Source: a virus (Duplodnaviria > Caudoviricetes). From it: DNA of 58,868 nt. Below are positions 54,579 to 58,868 of the stretch, piece after piece (within the stretch, counting starts at the first letter, position 1; every line of letters starts with the position of its first letter). Made by a program: the position numbers and the translations under genes. The notes beneath the pieces were generated by a model, which saw only the letters and a list, made by a program, of their open reading frames with translations, searched no databases and had not been told where the DNA came from. The DNA is taken from positions 1 to 58,868 of the IMG/VR virus record IMGVR_UViG_3300017700_000348; one strand, 5' to 3'.

Positions 54579-57500
54579 TTTATATGATTTAACAGAAGCA
54601 GGCTATACTGATCCTGTATCAGCAGCTTTGCCAGTGGAGCAGCCTTATTTAGGTGTTCCTGCTGAAGCTGATGGTATTAGGCGAGTATATATTACTACAC
54701 CTACAGCAGAGGCTAAGCCTGAAGAAATAATTACTGCTAGTCGTCCTGAGCCTAGGCCAGAGCCTATGCCTAGCCTTTGGGACAATCTTGGTATGGCTGG
54801 CGTTAAGGACAAATCTGGTAAATCAGAGAGTGAAATTTTAAAGAAATTGTTTGGCTTAGGTGGCAAAGAAAGGCATCAATTATGGCCTGAAAAGGTTGTA
54901 AGAGAAGGCTTGAAAGCTGCTGGTGAAGTAATGTCAACTGATACTTTATCGCAATTGGGCTTGCGTAGAGAGGATTTAACGGATATACCAGCTCCTTCAG
55001 AGCCAACTAAGGATAGCACATGGCTAGGTAAAATCCTAGGCATCGCTCCTGTTGCGGCTCAACCGGGGGACGATTTGATAGAAAAAGCACAAGCTGTATC
55101 AGCTCTAGCTGGTAGTGGTGGATTAGCTGGAGGAGTCGAGGGCGCAGCATTGAATGCCACTCCTTCATTGCGTCCTGCTTTAAAATATAAAGACCGTCTT
55201 TACAAAGGTAAGGAAGGTCAGCAGCATATGGATGTTATCCCTGAATCTCTCTATCCTGAATTTCAAAAGATGGCAATGTCTGGAGAGGATATTAGCCATT
55301 ATAATTTTGGATTTGTCAATGATAAAGGTCAATTCCTGACTAGGGAAAAGGCTTTGCAATATGCCGTTGATACTGGATTGATTGATAAGGATGCTGGTAA
55401 GTATGGAGCGCTGACTAGTACGTTGATGGCGGATAGTAGTAAGCCGGGAACAGCTATTGAGGCTGTTGGAAAAAGTAGTGTTAAATCTCAACAAAATGAA
55501 ATAAAAAATTTAATTCAATCGGCTAAAGACAGAAACGTAGAATTAGATGCTAGTTTTGATGGGTATGGAAATAATTATAGCTTGCATTGGATAGAAAGCA
55601 AAGGAAATAAAACAAAACCTAGAGAAGGGACTAGAGTAATTAAAGAATTGGCTGATTTGGCTGATAAAAATAATAAAGAAATAAGACTTGTAGCGATGGC
55701 TGATGCAGAAGAAGGAGGAATGTACTTACCTAAATATTATAAAGCTTTAGGTTTTAAAGAAACATCTAAGTTAGGAGATAACCCTGACGGGATAGAAATG
55801 GTTCGTAAGCCTAATGCTAAAATGGATAAAAAATTAGCAGATAAGTTATTACTAGCAGATAGCTCAAAAGAAGGAGCGGCTATTGAGGCTGTTGCTAATA
55901 CTGGTAAGACTTACCCATTGGCTAAGCCTGCTGATAGGCATACTAATACACTAGGCCAGAATGACAATCTAATTCAAAATATGTCTCCTGATGAATTTTT
56001 AAAACAAAGTAGACCTTTAAAAATTGACGCTGAGAGCCGTGAAACTATTAACGGTTTAAAGCAGCATATGAAAGAAGGTAAGCCTCTTGATCCTTTGGAG
56101 CTGCATCTTAACGGTAAAGAGGACGGAAGGCATAGAGCTATAGCCGCGAAGGAACTTGGTATTAAGGAAGTTCCTGTTTTAAATTTTCGTCCTGTTGAGC
56201 CTAAGCCTACCTTCTATTCAGCAGTGGAGCATAATCTTGCGAGCATCCCACAATCTAAAATGACTGGTGATCAGTGGTTAGGTACTCTGGCAAATAAGCC
56301 GGGGGTTAAGGGAGAAGAATTAGACTGGACAGGACTTAAGGGTTTCCTTGAGGAGAATAAAGGTAAGCCTGTTACTAAGGCTCAGATTGAGGAGCATTTG
56401 GCTAATAATAAGGTGGAGTTGAAGGAGGTTAGTAAAGGTGGTGAAGCTCAGACTAACCCTAAAGAATATTATGATGCTCAAAAGAAAGCTGGAGAGCCTG
56501 AGTGGTCACAGTTAAGCCAGCGTGAGCGTTCATATTGGTCTAATGAAGCTGATGTTAATAAAACTGGAAATACCAAATATCATAATTGGCAACTTCCCGG
56601 TGGTGAAAACTATAGGGAAATGCTATTGACGTTGCCTAAGAAAGAATTGACTACTAGCGGTGACGTTAAGCTATCTCCACAAGAATTTACTAAAAAATAC
56701 AATGAGCTATTAAAAGCTGGTAAGCCTGAAGAAGCTACTGCTTTGTCTAATAGGCAAATGCCGTCTGAAGCTAGCGCTCCCTACAAATCCCGTCATTGGG
56801 ATGAACCAAACATTCTAGCTCATGTTAGAATGAATGATAGGACTATTGACGGTAAGAAGTCTCTGCATCTGGAGGAGATACAGTCTGACTGGCATCAACA
56901 GGGGAGGGATAAGGGGTATCGTGTTAATCAAGAGAAAGAGTTAGCTGATTTAGTTAAGCAGCGTGACGAATTAAAAGCGCAGCAAAATAAGCTTCTTACT
57001 GATAGAGTTACTAAAACTGATGATAGTAAGTTTGCTGTAAAAATGGATAATGGCGAAACTATTAAATTTAATGATAAAGCTTCTGCTGAACAAGTTGCTA
57101 TGATGCCAACTGGAGACGTTAGACCAAAATGGATTGAGCTTGATGACAAAGCTCATGGCATTCAAGTTAAAATTGATAAGATTGGTGCTGGAGAGGTTGG
57201 AGTTCCAGACGCACCATTTAAAAAATCATGGCATGAGCTAGCATTGAAGCGGATGCTTAGAGAAGCTGCTGAAAAGGGATATGATCGCTTGTCTTGGACA
57301 CCGGGAGAAGCGCAGGTTGCTAGGTATGATTTGAGTAAGAGTATTAGCACAGTTGTTTATAAAGACGGCAAGCTTACCGCTATTGGGCCTTCAGGTCAGC
57401 ATGTAATAAATAATAAAAGTGTGGGCAAGGATAAGCTTTCTGATTTTATTGGCAAAGAAGCTGCTGAAAAACTTTTAAAGCAAGAGCCTCACAATGGAGC

Positions 57501-57993
57501 GCAGACGCTGCAAGGTGAACAACTTAAGGTTGGCGGTGAAGGAATGAAAGGCTTCTATGACCAAATCATTCCTAAGGCGTTAGAGAAGCTTGGTAAGGAG
57601 CATGGGGTTAAGGTGAAGAAGGAAAATTTAAATAAAATAGACGCTAGCAAAGAGTATGATAATTTTATTGAAACTATGCGTAAAGATTTACGTAAAGAAT
57701 TTTATGATGACGCTATTAAAGAAGGTTTCGCTCCAGATAAAGCAGCAAGGTTTGCTGATAAGCATACGTCTGGAGAAACTTGGACACTAGCAAAAGCTGC
57801 TGGAAAAGAAAAAGAGCTGGATCAAAAATATAAAGCCAAATTAGAATTTGATAAAGTAGGGCATCAGCCTGTCTTTTACATTGACATTCCATCCTCTCTT
57901 AAAGATACAGCTATGAGCAAAGGCTTTCCTTTGTTTTCAAATGGCTACATGCTAGTGCCTGTCCAAGGTAATCCTTTTGAGGCTCAGAAATGA
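54571..57993 (+). CDS. large polyvalent protein (GNAT-like, ParB-like and EE.QSDW.Q domains)
   Basis: EGT.VIKEL...AD.....I.L.......L..YY..LGF; DGRHRA.AA..LG...VPV; FYSA...GVK.EE..W; HLEEIQSDWHQ.GR; GM..FYD...P. Confidence 0.7.
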   Translation: MPNLYDLTEAGYTDPVSAALPVEQPYLGVPAEADGIRRVYITTPTAEAKPEEIITASRPEPRPEPMPSLWDNLGMAGVKDKSGKSESEILKKLFGLGGKERHQLWPEKVVREGLKAAGEVMSTDTLSQLGLRREDLTDIPAPSEPTKDSTWLGKILGIAPVAAQPGDDLIEKAQAVSALAGSGGLAGGVEGAALNATPSLRPALKYKDRLYKGKEGQQHMDVIPESLYPEFQKMAMSGEDISHYNFGFVNDKGQFLTREKALQYAVDTGLIDKDAGKYGALTSTLMADSSKPGTAIEAVGKSSVKSQQNEIKNLIQSAKDRNVELDASFDGYGNNYSLHWIESKGNKTKPREGTRVIKELADLADKNNKEIRLVAMADAEEGGMYLPKYYKALGFKETSKLGDNPDGIEMVRKPNAKMDKKLADKLLLADSSKEGAAIEAVANTGKTYPLAKPADRHTNTLGQNDNLIQNMSPDEFLKQSRPLKIDAESRETINGLKQHMKEGKPLDPLELHLNGKEDGRHRAIAAKELGIKEVPVLNFRPVEPKPTFYSAVEHNLASIPQSKMTGDQWLGTLANKPGVKGEELDWTGLKGFLEENKGKPVTKAQIEEHLANNKVELKEVSKGGEAQTNPKEYYDAQKKAGEPEWSQLSQRERSYWSNEADVNKTGNTKYHNWQLPGGENYREMLLTLPKKELTTSGDVKLSPQEFTKKYNELLKAGKPEEATALSNRQMPSEASAPYKSRHWDEPNILAHVRMNDRTIDGKKSLHLEEIQSDWHQQGRDKGYRVNQEKELADLVKQRDELKAQQNKLLTDRVTKTDDSKFAVKMDNGETIKFNDKASAEQVAMMPTGDVRPKWIELDDKAHGIQVKIDKIGAGEVGVPDAPFKKSWHELALKRMLREAAEKGYDRLSWTPGEAQVARYDLSKSISTVVYKDGKLTAIGPSGQHVINNKSVGKDKLSDFIGKEAAEKLLKQEPHNGAQTLQGEQLKVGGEGMKGFYDQIIPKALEKLGKEHGVKVKKENLNKIDASKEYDNFIETMRKDLRKEFYDDAIKEGFAPDKAARFADKHTSGETWTLAKAAGKEKELDQKYKAKLEFDKVGHQPVFYIDIPSSLKDTAMSKGFPLFSNGYMLVPVQGNPFEAQK

Positions 57994-58430
57994 AAATAAT
58001 TGATCCGAGTACAGTTATAGTTGAAAAGACAGCAGGTGAATTTGCTGGCGTCTGGTATGATGCAGCTCGCTCTAGCGGAATGAAGATTGTTCAATTGCAA
58101 GGAGACAAAATTAATCTCCTTCGCTTTAAAACTACTCGCGATTTCGCTAGGAGGCATCTTGAAAAATTCATTCCTGCTGCTGTTAAAGCGCTGAATGATA
58201 TCATGTGCAATCCTAAAACTCCTGAGGATCAGCGCCAGTTAATTTATAATGCTTTGATGGAGCGGGTTAATGATCCTCAGTTAGATATGATGGCTAAGAC
58301 TGCCGGTGATCTTCCTGAGTTTGAGCAGACTGTTTTGTATAAGGACGATACTGAAAAACCCAAGCCTATTATTTTAAATACCCCTAAGATTGATTTTAAC
58401 TTTGATAGCAAGAGGGTTAAAAATGTCTAA
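57990..58430 (+). CDS. hypothetical protein
   Basis: ATGA-coupled to the upstream gene. Confidence 0.6.
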   Translation: MKIIDPSTVIVEKTAGEFAGVWYDAARSSGMKIVQLQGDKINLLRFKTTRDFARRHLEKFIPAAVKALNDIMCNPKTPEDQRQLIYNALMERVNDPQLDMMAKTAGDLPEFEQTVLYKDDTEKPKPIILNTPKIDFNFDSKRVKNV

Positions 58431-58629
58431 GAAGAAAATTAAATCCCGTATGCCTGTTGAAAGTTGCACTGCTCCTGCTATGGATAGACAGCGTGAGCGA
58501 CAATACCAGATTGAGGATGCAGCTAGGACGCTTCAACGAGCTGGAGAGATTGCATCTGACCCTAAACTTTTAAAGGATGCAAAAGCATTTGCTAAGAAGC
58601 AAGCGGCGCAAGTGGATAGAATTAAATGA
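58423..58629 (+). CDS. hypothetical protein
   Basis: GAGG RBS; E.AARTL.RA.EI..D..L motif. Confidence 0.55.
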   Translation: MSKKKIKSRMPVESCTAPAMDRQRERQYQIEDAARTLQRAGEIASDPKLLKDAKAFAKKQAAQVDRIK

Positions 58630-58868
58630 ATGAAGAAATTGACATTGAAGTGTATCAAGGCCAGCCTATAGCGTCTTACTCGTTATGGGATTTAGGTATA
58701 ATTTATAAATCTTTGGTAGAAGCTGAGAAGAAACGAGAGGAAGCCAGCAAGCATCATAAATTTGACAAAAAGAACAACAAGAAGGCTATGGACTTTCCTC
58801 CTCCTAATCCGAATTTTTTAAAATTAAAGAATGCTATAGAATTGGAAATTAGAAAGAAACAATCATGA
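58626..58868 (+). CDS. hypothetical protein (its 3' half is the terminal overlap)
   Basis: Coupled ORF ending at the window end. Confidence 0.55.
   Translation: MNEEIDIEVYQGQPIASYSLWDLGIIYKSLVEAEKKREEASKHHKFDKKNNKKAMDFPPPNPNFLKLKNAIELEIRKKQS
58746..58868 (+). repeat. second copy of the 123-bp terminal overlap
   Basis: Identical to positions 1-123. Confidence 0.95.

Noticed and set aside
1-58868. Stop-codon reassignment, diversity-generating retroelement, or Z-base/deazaguanine pathway
   Set aside because: Core genes are intact in the standard code; no reverse transcriptase, TR/VR pair, purZ or queuosine-pathway genes were recognised.

Overview
The window is an apparently complete, circularly assembled ~58.7 kb dsDNA phage genome (positions 1-123 repeat exactly at 58746-58868). 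It is a P22-like podovirus with terminase, P22-type portal, scaffold, coat, gp4/gp10-like tail hub, three ejection proteins and a tail fibre. It also has a GH19-type lysis cassette and a leftward replication arm: B-family-like polymerase, clamp-like protein, SF2 helicase, Cas4-like nuclease, SSB and Sak4-like ATPase. A rightward primase-helicase and candidate origin follow, then a long array of small early genes behind a repeated TTGAC-N12/13-CCGT promoter, and a tRNA-Leu(TAA). No integrase or clear repressor was seen, so the phage is probably lytic. An alphaproteobacterial host is inferred but not shown. The most striking observation is that three virion-type proteins, including the tail fibre, begin with Sec signal peptides (AxA|Q) and carry cysteines only in pairs. 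This suggests they are exported, disulfide-folded in the periplasm and added to particles at or after lysis. Other leads are a polymerase with degenerate proofreading and motif-B residues, mini-ORFs resembling coat/terminase motifs (possible immune decoys), an Acb2/Tad1-like protein, structured non-coding RNAs and GANTC/CCWGG avoidance. All family assignments are from motif recognition by eye; no searches were run.
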